A program made the position numbers and the translations under genes. From the NCBI GenBank assembly GCA_002396205.1, contig DGXB01000098.1, positions 11,819 through 75,818 on the forward strand: DNA of 64,000 bases. The letters run 5' to 3'. Positions 35,442 to 44,523 of the stretch are shown one piece after another. Within the stretch, counting starts at the first letter, position 1; every line of letters begins with the position of its first letter. The notes beneath the pieces were generated by a model. That model did no database searches and was not told the origin of the DNA. It worked only from the letters and a program-made list of their open reading frames with translations. The stretch comes from Bacteroidales bacterium UBA4243 (GTDB lineage Bacteria; Bacteroidota; Bacteroidia; Bacteroidales; F082).

Positions 35442-36467
35442 TCACCTCCGCGAGCGGCTGTAGTCCAAAGCGACTTCGTAATACTGCGTTTCGACCTCGG
35501 CGCCAGCAAGTTCCACTTGCAGGAGGCTGTTCTCGCGGATCAGGCTCCTAAGCGACAGGCGCTCCGTGCGGAACTCGCCTTCCTGCATGTCGCTGAGCGG
35601 ATAACGTTGCTCGGCCAGCAAATGGTTTCGGCTCCCCCTCTCGACGATGCGCACCACCAGTTCCAACTCGGTCACCTTGCCGGGCCCAAGATTGTGCAAA
35701 TCGACTTGGAGGCTGCACTGAGCCTTCTTTTCAACAAACGTCGACTCCGACTCAAACCTCACCCCTTTGATGAGCATACTCGGCATGTCGTCAACCGGTA
35801 CGACCTCAACCTCTGTGCCGAAATAATCCTCCGGAACCTGCCCGATTTGCCAGTTGGGCATTGTGGTCTCCATGAAGTAGTATTTCTTGCCTTGGTAAAG
35901 AAGGTAACGGCTTCCCTCAATCTCGTCGCAATGCACGCCCAATGCCATGTGTTCGGGCAAAACCAACAGCACGAAGTCCTTGTCCATCTCATAGAGCAAG
36001 GCCACCAAAAGCGCCACCTTGTCCTCGCAGTCGCCGCAACCATCCACCAAAGTCTCGACGGGATAGCGCACATATTCGTCCTCGTCCTTCGAATCGCTGT
36101 CGAAAGCATAGGGCAACGACTGCACAAAACTGAGCGCCAACTCGATTTGGTCTTTCTCGGTGAGGACATAGCGACTGAACTCCTGCGCCAAGGCGTGCAT
36201 CAGGGGACGGTCGTGCTCCGAGAGCATGAAACTGTAGTAATTGGGCGGCACCTCGCCATCGTTGAATTGGTAGACATAGGCCAAATGCTCGCGGTCATTA
36301 CGATAATAGTCATACAAATCCGTGCTGATATTCAGCGTAATGGAGCAATCCTTTCCGTTGTATTTCCAAGAATGCTCCACCTCGAAATAGCCATCATATT
36401 CGACCACGGTGTGGGCCGACAGCGCAACGCTGATGAGCAGCAACAGGAAGAGGATTTTAGAGCGCAT
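35442..36467 (-). CDS. Secreted protein with transglutaminase-like cysteine-protease core (predicted)
   Basis: 341 aa with a signal peptide. GCGDCEDKVALLVALL...PEHMALGVH...YFMETT has Cys-His-acid spacing. Its stop directly abuts the stop of the convergent GH20 gene. Confidence 0.45.
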   Translation of the reverse strand: MRSKILFLLLLISVALSAHTVVEYDGYFEVEHSWKYNGKDCSITLNISTDLYDYYRNDREHLAYVYQFNDGEVPPNYYSFMLSEHDRPLMHALAQEFSRYVLTEKDQIELALSFVQSLPYAFDSDSKDEDEYVRYPVETLVDGCGDCEDKVALLVALLYEMDKDFVLLVLPEHMALGVHCDEIEGSRYLLYQGKKYYFMETTMPNWQIGQVPEDYFGTEVEVVPVDDMPSMLIKGVRFESESTFVEKKAQCSLQVDLHNLGPGKVTELELVVRIVERGSRNHLLAEQRYPLSDMQEGEFRTERLSLRSLIRENSLLQVELAGAEVETQYYEVALDYSRSRR

Positions 36468-36531
36468 AAGAAAGGTTTTTCACCTATTAACGCAAAATTC
36501 AGGCCAAAATTGTCTTTTTGGTTTAATGGGT

Positions 36532-36605
36532 TGTAGGGCTGTCACACTGTGGCAGCCGCATCATGTAACCGCAAGATGCGGCTGCCGTAATACGACAGCC
36601 CTACA
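36532..36605. repeat. 74-nt nested inverted repeat downstream of the tricorn-like protease gene
   Basis: The outer arms are tgtagggctgtc (36532-36543) and gacagccctaca (36594-36605). The inner arms are ggcagccgcatc (36551-36562) and gatgcggctgcc (36575-36586). No U-tract follows on either strand. Confidence 0.75.
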
Positions 36606-36608
36606 GCC

Positions 36609-39600
36609 TTATTTCCCCCAATAATGGAACGCCTCCACCTCTCTCATCAATTCCTTGACGGCGGCCTCTAATTGTTCGTCCTCGCCTTTGGCCATCTTTT
36701 CGGGTGTGTTGCGCACCTTTACATCAGGCTCCAACTGGGTGTTCTCCAACCAATTGCCTTGTTCGGTGCGATAACCGATGACGGGCAGACCGAAATACAA
36801 TGACGGGTCTTGCAGGGTCTCCCATGTCACGCTCGACATAGTGCCAGGCACGGGCATACCGACAAGGCTGCCCATCTTCTTGTATTTATAGACCCAAGGC
36901 GTGCCGTGTGCATTGCTGTAGTTGGCCTCGCCGATGATCATCACCGAGGGCTTGTTGTAGCGTCGCGAAGGCATCACGCAAGCCACGCTGTCGTTGATGA
37001 CTTGCTCAAGGTATTTTTCGCCGCTGAAAAGGATTTCAATGTCCTCGTGCAGGCGACCGCCACCGTTGAAACGTGTGTCGATGACAATGCCGTCGCAAAG
37101 ATTGTACTTGCCGAGGATTTGCGAATACACGTCGCGATAGCTGGCATCGCCCATACTACGAATGTGGACATAACCCAAACGGCCTTTCGAAAGTTCCTTC
37201 ACCGTTTCCTCGTTGTGTTTCACCCAGCGGTGATAAAGCAGCTCGTTCATCGCGCCATGGCTGATGGGTTTCACGGTCTCTTCCCAGGTCTTGCCACCGT
37301 CTTTCACCGTCACAAGCACCGTCTTTCCAGCCTTGTTGTTGAGCAGTGGATAATAGTCCATGTCTTTCGTAATCTCCACGCCGTCAATCTTCTGGATAAC
37401 GCAACCCGCCTTCACTTGTGAGCTTTTCTTGTTGAACGGCGAGCCTTCCACCACCTCGGCGATTTTCAGGCCATCGCCTTGGTAATCGAGGTCGAGCAGC
37501 ACACCGAACTCAGCCGTGGCATCGCCGCCGCGATTCGTGGGACGATAGCCCGAACCCGTATGCGACACGTTCAGTTCGCCCAAAATCTCGCTCAGCATCT
37601 CGCTGAAATCGTAGTTGTTGTTGATGTGCTGCAGGAACGGGCGGTAGGCCTCCTTCATCAGCGCGAGGTCGACACCGTTGTGGTTTTTCATAAAGAAACG
37701 CTTCTCGATTTGCAGGAAGACATGGTCAAACATGTACTCACGTTCTTGGGCGTAATCGAGTTGCATGGTGGCGTCGAGCTTAATCGGTGTCGACTTGCCG
37801 CCCTTATCCAACTTTTGCAAGTTGCCGCCCGAAAGGAGGAAAATATTGTCGCCCTTCACCTGCAACTGTGCGCCGCCCTGGCCTAATTTCTTCAACACCT
37901 TCATCGACTTTTCGCGCACGTCGAGTTCCCAAAGGTCGTAGCCTTTCTCGAACGAAGTCATGAAATAGAACTTCTCGCCATCGCCCGAAAGCGCCATTCC
38001 GCTCAAGTTCGACGACATCGGCGTCAGCCTGACGACACGGTCTTGCAGATGTTCCAGATCCACTTCTATCTTCTTGGTTTCCTTGGGCTTTTCGTCTTTC
38101 TTTTCATCATCCTTCTTGCCTTTTTTCTTGTCTTTTCCTTCGTCCTTCGCTTCATCTTTCTTCGCGTCCTTGTTGCCTTTCTCGGTCTCTTTCAGCAAGG
38201 CAAACTCCTCTTTGCTGAGGCGGAATTTGTCGTAGGCTTCCTGATTCAAAAAAGCGATGAAAGCATCATTTTGGCTGCCCCATGAAGCATGGGAGCGCAT
38301 ACCATAACGATTTGAGCGATAAATGATTGCATTTCCGTCCATTGCCCATTGCGGACTGCCATCGATATAAGCGCTCTCCGTGATGTTGTAAATCGTTTTC
38401 GAGCCGTCGGCCTTCACTATACCGATGTCGGAATACGGGTCGCGCATGTGCGAAATCAGGGTCAAGGCGAACCATTGTCCGTCGGGCGACCACTCGTAGC
38501 TGAAGCCGTAATCGTCGATGTCGTAATGCTGCGTCCCGTCAGTGATTTGACGCACTTCTTTCGAAGCGATATTATACACTTTCAAGATATTACGGTTCTC
38601 GATGAACGCGATTTCCTTGCCGTCGGGCGAGAAGCTCGGCGCGATGCGCTCGATGCCGTCGTTGTCGAACAGCGGCTTTTCGTCAATCAACGTGGCGTAA
38701 GCGAAGTTGTAGTCCTCCTTGCGCTCGATGGTGGCTTGATAGAGGTTCCAATAGCCATCGCGCTCCGAGGCATAGACCAAAGTGCGACCGTCTTTCGAGA
38801 AACTGGGGCTGCGCTCAGGCTGCGCCGTATGCGTGATTTGCTTCGTGGTGGCGTATTCGTCGACGCCCGTCACAAACACTTCGCCGCGCGAGGTGAAGGC
38901 AATCAGTTTGCCGTCGTCGCTCAGCGCAAAGTCGCCGATACCACGGAAATCCTGCTTCACCAATTGCTCGGTGTCTTGGTCGTTGACGATTTCAATAGCG
39001 ACCTTTTGGGGTTCGCTTCCAATACGTTGCGTATAGATTTCACCCATATAGCCATAGCACAACAAGCCATTGTTGGCCACGCTCAAGAAACGCACAGGGT
39101 GCGTCTTGAAATTGGTCACCTTCTCCACTTGTTCGAGGTTGTTGGCAGAGGCTTTGTAGACATTGAAATTGCCATTGTTGCGTTCGCTCAGAAACACGAC
39201 TTCCTGATAGCCAGGCAGGTAACGCGCATCGCGGTCTTCGCCCACATTGGTCGTCATGATCGTGTGGGTTTTCTTTTTGGCATTGTAATACACGATGTCA
39301 CGGGCCACCGACGAGACGTGATGCTTGCGCCACACGTTCTCGCTACCCTTGCGGTCGTAGTATAGGAACGACTCGCCGTCCTCGTCGAACGACATGCTGC
39401 ACACCGGCACGGCCACCACCTGCTCGGGTCGACCGCCTTCGGTTCCCACCTTGTATAATTCAGTAATCCAGCCCGTGGCAAACTGCACATTCTCAGCCGC
39501 TTTCTGGATTTGGGCGGAATAATAGATTTCCTTGCCATCGGGCGAGAAAGCCAAAGGCATCTCGCTGGCAGAGTTGGTCGTAATACGCTGAGGCACACCA

Positions 39601-39881
39601 CCTTCAGCAGAAACCAAATAAACATCAAAGTTGCCGTTGCGGTCGGTGGCGAAGGCCAAATGTTTGCCGTCGGGCGACCAGATGGGCGAGGTTTCGTAGG
39701 CCGTGGTGGTGGTCAGTTGTTGGGCTTTGCCACCGTTGGCGTTCACCACATAAATGTCGCCTTTGTAGCAAAAAGCGATTTTGTCGCCGTTAGGCGAAAT
39801 CACGTTGTCGCGCAGCCAAAGGGGCTGGGCGGAGATATGCATTGCAAATAAAAGAAAAGCTACAATTAAACTTCTGTTCAT
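36609..39881 (-). CDS. Tricorn-like S41 protease (TolB-type beta-propellers + PDZ + S41 peptidase)
   Basis: 1090 aa. Repeated SP(D/N)GK...F propeller motifs, a PDZ segment and a C-terminal S41 domain (GGGRLHEDI...IIGEANYSNAHG). Confidence 0.85.
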   Translation of the reverse strand: MNRSLIVAFLLFAMHISAQPLWLRDNVISPNGDKIAFCYKGDIYVVNANGGKAQQLTTTTAYETSPIWSPDGKHLAFATDRNGNFDVYLVSAEGGVPQRITTNSASEMPLAFSPDGKEIYYSAQIQKAAENVQFATGWITELYKVGTEGGRPEQVVAVPVCSMSFDEDGESFLYYDRKGSENVWRKHHVSSVARDIVYYNAKKKTHTIMTTNVGEDRDARYLPGYQEVVFLSERNNGNFNVYKASANNLEQVEKVTNFKTHPVRFLSVANNGLLCYGYMGEIYTQRIGSEPQKVAIEIVNDQDTEQLVKQDFRGIGDFALSDDGKLIAFTSRGEVFVTGVDEYATTKQITHTAQPERSPSFSKDGRTLVYASERDGYWNLYQATIERKEDYNFAYATLIDEKPLFDNDGIERIAPSFSPDGKEIAFIENRNILKVYNIASKEVRQITDGTQHYDIDDYGFSYEWSPDGQWFALTLISHMRDPYSDIGIVKADGSKTIYNITESAYIDGSPQWAMDGNAIIYRSNRYGMRSHASWGSQNDAFIAFLNQEAYDKFRLSKEEFALLKETEKGNKDAKKDEAKDEGKDKKKGKKDDEKKDEKPKETKKIEVDLEHLQDRVVRLTPMSSNLSGMALSGDGEKFYFMTSFEKGYDLWELDVREKSMKVLKKLGQGGAQLQVKGDNIFLLSGGNLQKLDKGGKSTPIKLDATMQLDYAQEREYMFDHVFLQIEKRFFMKNHNGVDLALMKEAYRPFLQHINNNYDFSEMLSEILGELNVSHTGSGYRPTNRGGDATAEFGVLLDLDYQGDGLKIAEVVEGSPFNKKSSQVKAGCVIQKIDGVEITKDMDYYPLLNNKAGKTVLVTVKDGGKTWEETVKPISHGAMNELLYHRWVKHNEETVKELSKGRLGYVHIRSMGDASYRDVYSQILGKYNLCDGIVIDTRFNGGGRLHEDIEILFSGEKYLEQVINDSVACVMPSRRYNKPSVMIIGEANYSNAHGTPWVYKYKKMGSLVGMPVPGTMSSVTWETLQDPSLYFGLPVIGYRTEQGNWLENTQLEPDVKVRNTPEKMAKGEDEQLEAAVKELMREVEAFHYWGK

Positions 39882-39905
39882 ATTAGATAGTTGATTATAA
39901 ATATA

Positions 39906-40412
39906 TTACATTTTCAATATCTCTTCAGCAGAAAGACCCGAGATTTCTGAAATGTCACCAACTAAGAAACCTTTTGACTTCATTTTTCGAGCTGTATTAA
40001 CCGCATTATTGTACAAGGCGTTATCCATTTCTACAAATATAGTTTCGGCTTGTTCCCAAGAATTCCAATCCATCTCTTTAAGATACTTTTCAACTTGTTC
40101 TCGTAAAGGCTTAATGTCTTTTGATGCCGTATCCCATAAATCCGCATCACTCACCTGGGCATAACCATGAACCAACACATTGCGCATTCTAACGATTTGT
40201 CTCCATGGTAATTCCTGATATTGTTCCTTGAAATCTCTCGTCAGCATATTAGCAGCCTCACCAATCACTTCAACGTTTTTCATCACCGAATAATAAATAC
40301 GTATGTCGGAAACGAACTCGTCATAAGTAATGCCTTCCATGATTTTCTCCACATTCAGAGCAAACTGTCTGATGTCTTCCAGCCGACCTTTATCTCTTTT
40401 ATGCTCTCTCAT
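39906..40412 (-). CDS. hepT: HepT-like HEPN ribonuclease toxin (DUF86) with C-terminal extension
   Basis: 168 aa with the Rx4HxY HEPN motif in RMRNVLVHGY. An extra ~45-aa tail ends in GDISEISGLSAEEILKM. It overlaps mntA by 14 nt. Confidence 0.8.
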   Translation of the reverse strand: MREHKRDKGRLEDIRQFALNVEKIMEGITYDEFVSDIRIYYSVMKNVEVIGEAANMLTRDFKEQYQELPWRQIVRMRNVLVHGYAQVSDADLWDTASKDIKPLREQVEKYLKEMDWNSWEQAETIFVEMDNALYNNAVNTARKMKSKGFLVGDISEISGLSAEEILKM

Positions 40413-40701
40413 AAATCAGCCTCCTATCCCTATTGACGTTTTCCACTGCCCATGGCCGAAGGGTGCCTTCCTCAACCAAATCGACCTCAAGCCCTAAAAG
40501 ATCTTCTAAATCAAGTTGCATCCCCGCAATCTTCAACAAGCCAATCGGTTGACTTCGATCATACTGAACCAAAATATCCAAATCGCTCCACGGCTTCTCT
40601 TCACCACGCGCAAATGAGCCAAACAACCAAGCCTTCAATACTGGTTGTGACTTGAAATAATTGGCTATTATCTGAACCAAGGTCTGTGTTCTTGTACTCA
40701 T
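40399..40701 (-). CDS. mntA: MntA-like minimal nucleotidyltransferase antitoxin
   Basis: 100 aa. LFGSFARGEEKPWSDLDILV is the GSx10DxD nucleotidyltransferase signature. A -7 box (TATATTTG, minus strand) lies at 40722-40729. Confidence 0.85.
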   Translation of the reverse strand: MSTRTQTLVQIIANYFKSQPVLKAWLFGSFARGEEKPWSDLDILVQYDRSQPIGLLKIAGMQLDLEDLLGLEVDLVEEGTLRPWAVENVNRDRRLIYERA

Positions 40702-40721
40702 AACACCTATATTTTATGCCG

Positions 40722-40729
40722 CAAATATA
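40722..40729 (-). promoter_or_regulatory. -7 box TATATTTG (mntA-hepT)
   Basis: Minus-strand match, 20 nt upstream of ATG 40701. Confidence 0.45.
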
Positions 40730-40735
40730 ACAATT

Positions 40736-41347
40736 TTATTCAATATCAAACCGTTTTACATTTTTTCCTTCCAAAAACAACTCCAACCGATCCCCGCGCT
40801 GCACCTCACCCACACCTTGTGGCGTGCCCGTGAAGATGCAGTCGCCTTCCTTTAAAGTGACGAAACGCGAGACGTAGGAGACGATTTTGTCGAAGCCGAA
40901 AATCATGTCGCGGCTGTGGCCTTGCTGTCTCCACTCACCATTAAGTTTCATTCCGAAAGCGATGTCGCTTGGATTCTCCAAATCCTTGACGCTCTTGAAC
41001 TTTCCAATCACTGCCGAGCCATCAAAAGCCTTGGCCTTCTCCCAAGGATGACCCTTGGCCTTGCATTGGTTTTGCAGGTCGCGGGCGGTGAAGTCGATAC
41101 CGACGGTGATGGCGTCATAATAATAAGGTGCGTCCTTCTCGTCTATGTCTTTGCCAGTCTTGCAAATGCGCAGCACCAGTTCCGTTTCGTAATGGATTTG
41201 GTGGCTGAAATCGGGATAGACGAAAGGCACGCCTTCGGGCAGCAAGGCTGTGTCGGGCTTCATGAAAAACAGCGGCTCGGTGGGCAGGTCGTTGTCCAAT
41301 TCCTTGACGTGGGCCAAATAGTTGCGCCCGATGCAAACCATCTTCAT
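40736..41347 (-). CDS. Fumarylacetoacetate hydrolase (FAH) family protein
   Basis: MKMVCIGRNYLAHVKEL...FFMKPDTAL...HYETELVL...DFTARDLQ is the FAH fold. ATG 41347 is preferred because the track start 41443 overlaps the upstream gene. Confidence 0.85.
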   Translation of the reverse strand: MKMVCIGRNYLAHVKELDNDLPTEPLFFMKPDTALLPEGVPFVYPDFSHQIHYETELVLRICKTGKDIDEKDAPYYYDAITVGIDFTARDLQNQCKAKGHPWEKAKAFDGSAVIGKFKSVKDLENPSDIAFGMKLNGEWRQQGHSRDMIFGFDKIVSYVSRFVTLKEGDCIFTGTPQGVGEVQRGDRLELFLEGKNVKRFDIE

Positions 41348-41352
41348 AAGCC

Positions 41353-42171
41353 TCAGCGTTTTACGTGTTTTCCACCCATGCGCAATTTGATGGCCGTCAC
41401 CACCTTTTTCGTATAGCGCGGGAAGTCGCTCTTCATGATCCAATCATAAAAGGCCGGCTCTTTGCGAAACACGTCCTCCACACGCTCGCCCTTGTGTTTG
41501 CCAAACATAAAGACCTCCTTGCCATCATCGTCGAAGATGATTTGACCCGAAAGATCGGCATTCTTGTGGTGTGCCGAAAACTCGGCTAACTGCTTCGTAT
41601 CGTTGACAGGACCCTGCGACTTATTGCCTTTACCATCTTCATAATCAACGCCTTGGTATTTATCCAACATGGCTTTCAAAACATCGTAGGTGGCTTTAGT
41701 GTCGGCCATCGCGCCATGTGCACCTTCCAATTCGGCATGGCAGAAATAGCGGTAGGCGCTCTTCAGATTACGCGGTTCCATCTTCATGTAGATGTTCATC
41801 ACGTCGATGAACTCACGATCCTTGAGGTCAAAGTCGTAGTCGACGCGAAGGAACTCCTCCACTAACATCGGGAGGTCGAATTTCAGGATATTATAGCCCG
41901 CCAGGTCGGCATTGCCGATGAATAGGGCAATCTCCTTGGCCTTATCCTTAAAGGTGGGTTTGTCGGCCAGCATCTCGTTGGTGTAGCCATGCACCGAAGT
42001 CGATTCTGCGGAAATCGGAATCTCGGGATTGAGGAGCCAGACACGCTGCTCCTCGTCGCCGTTCACGTTGATTTTCAGCACACTCATCTCCACGATGCGG
42101 TCGTGCGAAGTATTCAGGCCTGTCGTTTCCAGGTCGAAAAAAGCTATGGGTCGTTTCAGATTCAGTTCCAT
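41353..42171 (-). CDS. DnaQ-like 3'-5' exonuclease
   Basis: 272 aa with ExoI FFDLETTGL, ExoII GYNILKFDLPML and ExoIII HGAMADT. Confidence 0.88.
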   Translation of the reverse strand: MELNLKRPIAFFDLETTGLNTSHDRIVEMSVLKINVNGDEEQRVWLLNPEIPISAESTSVHGYTNEMLADKPTFKDKAKEIALFIGNADLAGYNILKFDLPMLVEEFLRVDYDFDLKDREFIDVMNIYMKMEPRNLKSAYRYFCHAELEGAHGAMADTKATYDVLKAMLDKYQGVDYEDGKGNKSQGPVNDTKQLAEFSAHHKNADLSGQIIFDDDGKEVFMFGKHKGERVEDVFRKEPAFYDWIMKSDFPRYTKKVVTAIKLRMGGKHVKR

Positions 42172-42191
42172 TGGATTTTTGAATTTTGGTG

Positions 42192-42199
42192 CAAAAATA
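42192..42199 (-). promoter_or_regulatory. -7 box TATTTTTG (exonuclease gene string)
   Basis: Minus-strand match, 20 nt upstream of ATG 42171. Confidence 0.45.
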
Positions 42200-42232
42200 A
42201 TACATAAAAGATAGCAATATTCATTTTTTTGC

Positions 42233-42240
42233 TACTTTTG
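42233..42240 (+). promoter_or_regulatory. -7 box TACTTTTG (DUF3276 gene)
   Basis: Match located 54 nt before ATG 42295. Confidence 0.4.
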
Positions 42241-42294
42241 CCCCACTTTTCAAACAAAATAGAACTATTAGAAAGTATCAAATTATTGAAAGAC

Positions 42295-42669
42295 ATGATG
42301 GAAGAAAATGAAATGAGAGAAAAAGATGAATTGTTCTCAAAGGCAGTGAAAGCAGGAAAGAGAACTTACTTTTTCGATGTGAAATCAACGAAGAACGACG
42401 AAAAGTACATCACCATAACCGAGAGCAAACGCCGTTTTGACGAAAACCTGCAACGCTTCTTCTACGAGAAGCACAAGATTTTCCTCTACAAGGAAGACTT
42501 CGAGAAGGTTTCGAAAGGCCTCACCGATGCCATCAAATACATTGAGACCGGCGAGTATCCTGCCGACTACTACGACCAGCCCGAGCCGCGCCACTACGAC
42601 CACGAAGAAGAGCCCAAGGGCGAACTCGACAGCGCCATCGACAAGTGGTTCGACAGCTTGGATAAATAA
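42295..42669 (+). CDS. DUF3276 (PUR-alpha-like nucleic-acid-binding) protein
   Basis: KAGKRTYFFDVKSTKNDEKYITITESKR is the DUF3276 core. The ATG at 42295 is preferred because the track start 42229 lies upstream of a -7 box (42233-42240). Confidence 0.7.
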   Translation: MMEENEMREKDELFSKAVKAGKRTYFFDVKSTKNDEKYITITESKRRFDENLQRFFYEKHKIFLYKEDFEKVSKGLTDAIKYIETGEYPADYYDQPEPRHYDHEEEPKGELDSAIDKWFDSLDK

Positions 42670-42689
42670 AAACGCACATAAAAACCTTG

Positions 42690-42716
42690 AAGCCGCGCTC
42701 TGTCGCGGCTTTTTTG
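42690..42716 (+). terminator. Intrinsic terminator after the DUF3276 gene
   Basis: aagccgcg-ctctgt-cgcggctt followed by ttttt. Confidence 0.75.
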
Positions 42717-42811
42717 TTGCCAAACGGCGACAAGACAAAAACTTATCAACAAAAAGGGCAAATGTTGATAACTTTCCGTAGATGACCGCAATAAAAAGGG
42801 GCAAAAATGCG

Positions 42812-42819
42812 TACCTTTG
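42812..42819 (+). promoter_or_regulatory. -7 box TACCTTTG (parA-parB)
   Basis: Match located 20 nt before ATG 42840. Confidence 0.5.
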
Positions 42820-42839
42820 TAGCGAAAATCAAGAAAGAC

Positions 42840-43619
42840 ATGGGCAAGATCATAGCGATTGCAAATCAGAAAGGTGGCGTCGGAAAAACCACCACTTCCA
42901 TCAACCTGGCGGCCAGCTTGGCCGTCCTCGAATACAAGACCCTCCTCATCGATGCCGACCCGCAAGCCAACGCGACCTCGGGCGTGGGCATCGACCCAAG
43001 AACCGTCGAAACGAGCATCTACGAATGTATCATCGACCAGGTAGACCCGAAGACCGTCATCGTCGAGACCGAGACACCCAACCTCAATTTGCTTCCCGCC
43101 CACATCGACCTCGTGGGCGCCGAAATCGAGATGATCAACCTGCCCGAGCGCGAGCTGATGATGAAACGCCTGCTCGCCCCCATCAGAGGCGACTACGACT
43201 TCATCATCATCGACTGCTCGCCGTCGTTAGGCCTGGTCACGGTCAACTCGCTCACTGCCGCCGATTCGGTCATCATCCCCGTACAATGCGAGTATTTCGC
43301 CCTCGAAGGTCTTGGCAAACTACTGAATACCATCAAGATAGTACAAACGCGCCTCAATCCCGACTTGGACATCGAAGGCATCCTGCTCACCATGTTCGAC
43401 ACGCGCCTGCGCCTGTCGAAACAAGTGGTTGAAGAGGTCAAGATGCACTTCCAGGACATGGTTTTCAACACCATCATCAACCGCAACACGCGCCTGAGCG
43501 AGGCCCCGAGCTTCGGCAAGACCATCGTCATGTACGACGCCAACAGCACGGGCGCCATCAACTACCTCAACCTCGCCCGCGAAATCCTTGAAAAGAACAA
43601 CCTATCCACCAAAGACTAA
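42840..43619 (+). CDS. parA: Chromosome partitioning ATPase ParA/Soj
   Basis: MGKIIAIANQKGGVGKTT is the deviant Walker A. ATG 42840 is preferred because a -7 box lies at 42812-42819. Confidence 0.95.
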   Translation: MGKIIAIANQKGGVGKTTTSINLAASLAVLEYKTLLIDADPQANATSGVGIDPRTVETSIYECIIDQVDPKTVIVETETPNLNLLPAHIDLVGAEIEMINLPERELMMKRLLAPIRGDYDFIIIDCSPSLGLVTVNSLTAADSVIIPVQCEYFALEGLGKLLNTIKIVQTRLNPDLDIEGILLTMFDTRLRLSKQVVEEVKMHFQDMVFNTIINRNTRLSEAPSFGKTIVMYDANSTGAINYLNLAREILEKNNLSTKD

Positions 43620-43625
43620 AGCACC

Positions 43626-44516
43626 ATGCCCGACAAAATCAGAAAATCATTGGGCCGCGGACTCGACAACATCCTCGGCAGCCCCGAAACCGACATCACC
43701 AGCCGCGACATCAGTGGCGACTTCGTGGCTGGTGCCGTGGCCGAAATCGACATTGACCTCATCGAGACCAACCCCTTCCAACCCAGAACGGAATTCGACG
43801 AGACCGCCTTGCGCGAACTGGCACAGTCCATCAAGGAACAGGGCATCATCCAACCGGTCACCGTCAGGAAATTGGGCTACAACAAATACCAACTCATCTC
43901 CGGTGAGCGCCGACTGAGGGCCTCCAAGATGGCTGGACTCAAGAAGATTCCGGCATTCATCCGCGTGGCCAACGACGAACAAATGCTCGAACTCGCCCTC
44001 ATCGAGAACATCCACCGCGAGAACCTCAACGCCATCGAGGTGGCCATTTCCTACCAACGCCTCATTGACGAATGCAGCCTCACCCAAGAGGAAGTGAGCG
44101 AAAAGGTGGGCAAGAGCCGTAGCGCAGTAGCCAACTTCCTAAGACTCTTGAAATTACCACCAGAAATCCAACTCGCCATCCGCGACGGCCACATCAGCAT
44201 GGGTCACGCCCGCGCCCTCATCAACATCAACGACAAGGAAGAACAACTGAAGCTCCTCCAACAAATCATCATGGACGAGATGACCGTGCGCCAAACCGAA
44301 GAACTGGCCGACAAAGCCAAAGGCAAAGGCGAGAAGGAACGCAAGCAAACCAACTTCATCCCCGAACATTTCAAGAGCAAGATCAAGACGCTGTCGCAAA
44401 CGCTCAACACCAAGGTGAAAGTGAAACGCGACGTTAAAGGTCACGGTTCGGTCGTCATCGACTTCAAGGACGAAGCCGAGTTTGACCGCATCATGGAACT
44501 GTTCGGCAACAAATAA
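43626..44516 (+). CDS. parB: Chromosome partitioning protein ParB/Spo0J
   Basis: 296 aa with NPFQPR, ISGERRLRA (GERRxRA box) and an HTH (LTQEEVSEKVGKSRSAVANFLRLL). Confidence 0.95.
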   Translation: MPDKIRKSLGRGLDNILGSPETDITSRDISGDFVAGAVAEIDIDLIETNPFQPRTEFDETALRELAQSIKEQGIIQPVTVRKLGYNKYQLISGERRLRASKMAGLKKIPAFIRVANDEQMLELALIENIHRENLNAIEVAISYQRLIDECSLTQEEVSEKVGKSRSAVANFLRLLKLPPEIQLAIRDGHISMGHARALININDKEEQLKLLQQIIMDEMTVRQTEELADKAKGKGEKERKQTNFIPEHFKSKIKTLSQTLNTKVKVKRDVKGHGSVVIDFKDEAEFDRIMELFGNK

Positions 44517-44523
44517 TCGCCCC

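Noticed and set aside
42743-42771. Inverted pair TTATCAACA ... TGTTGATAA upstream of parA, resembling DnaA boxes (TTATCCACA), as a possible oriC.
   Set aside because: Each box has a mismatch at a conserved position. There are only two boxes, with no AT-rich unwinding element or dnaA nearby. It is more likely an incidental or local regulatory palindrome.
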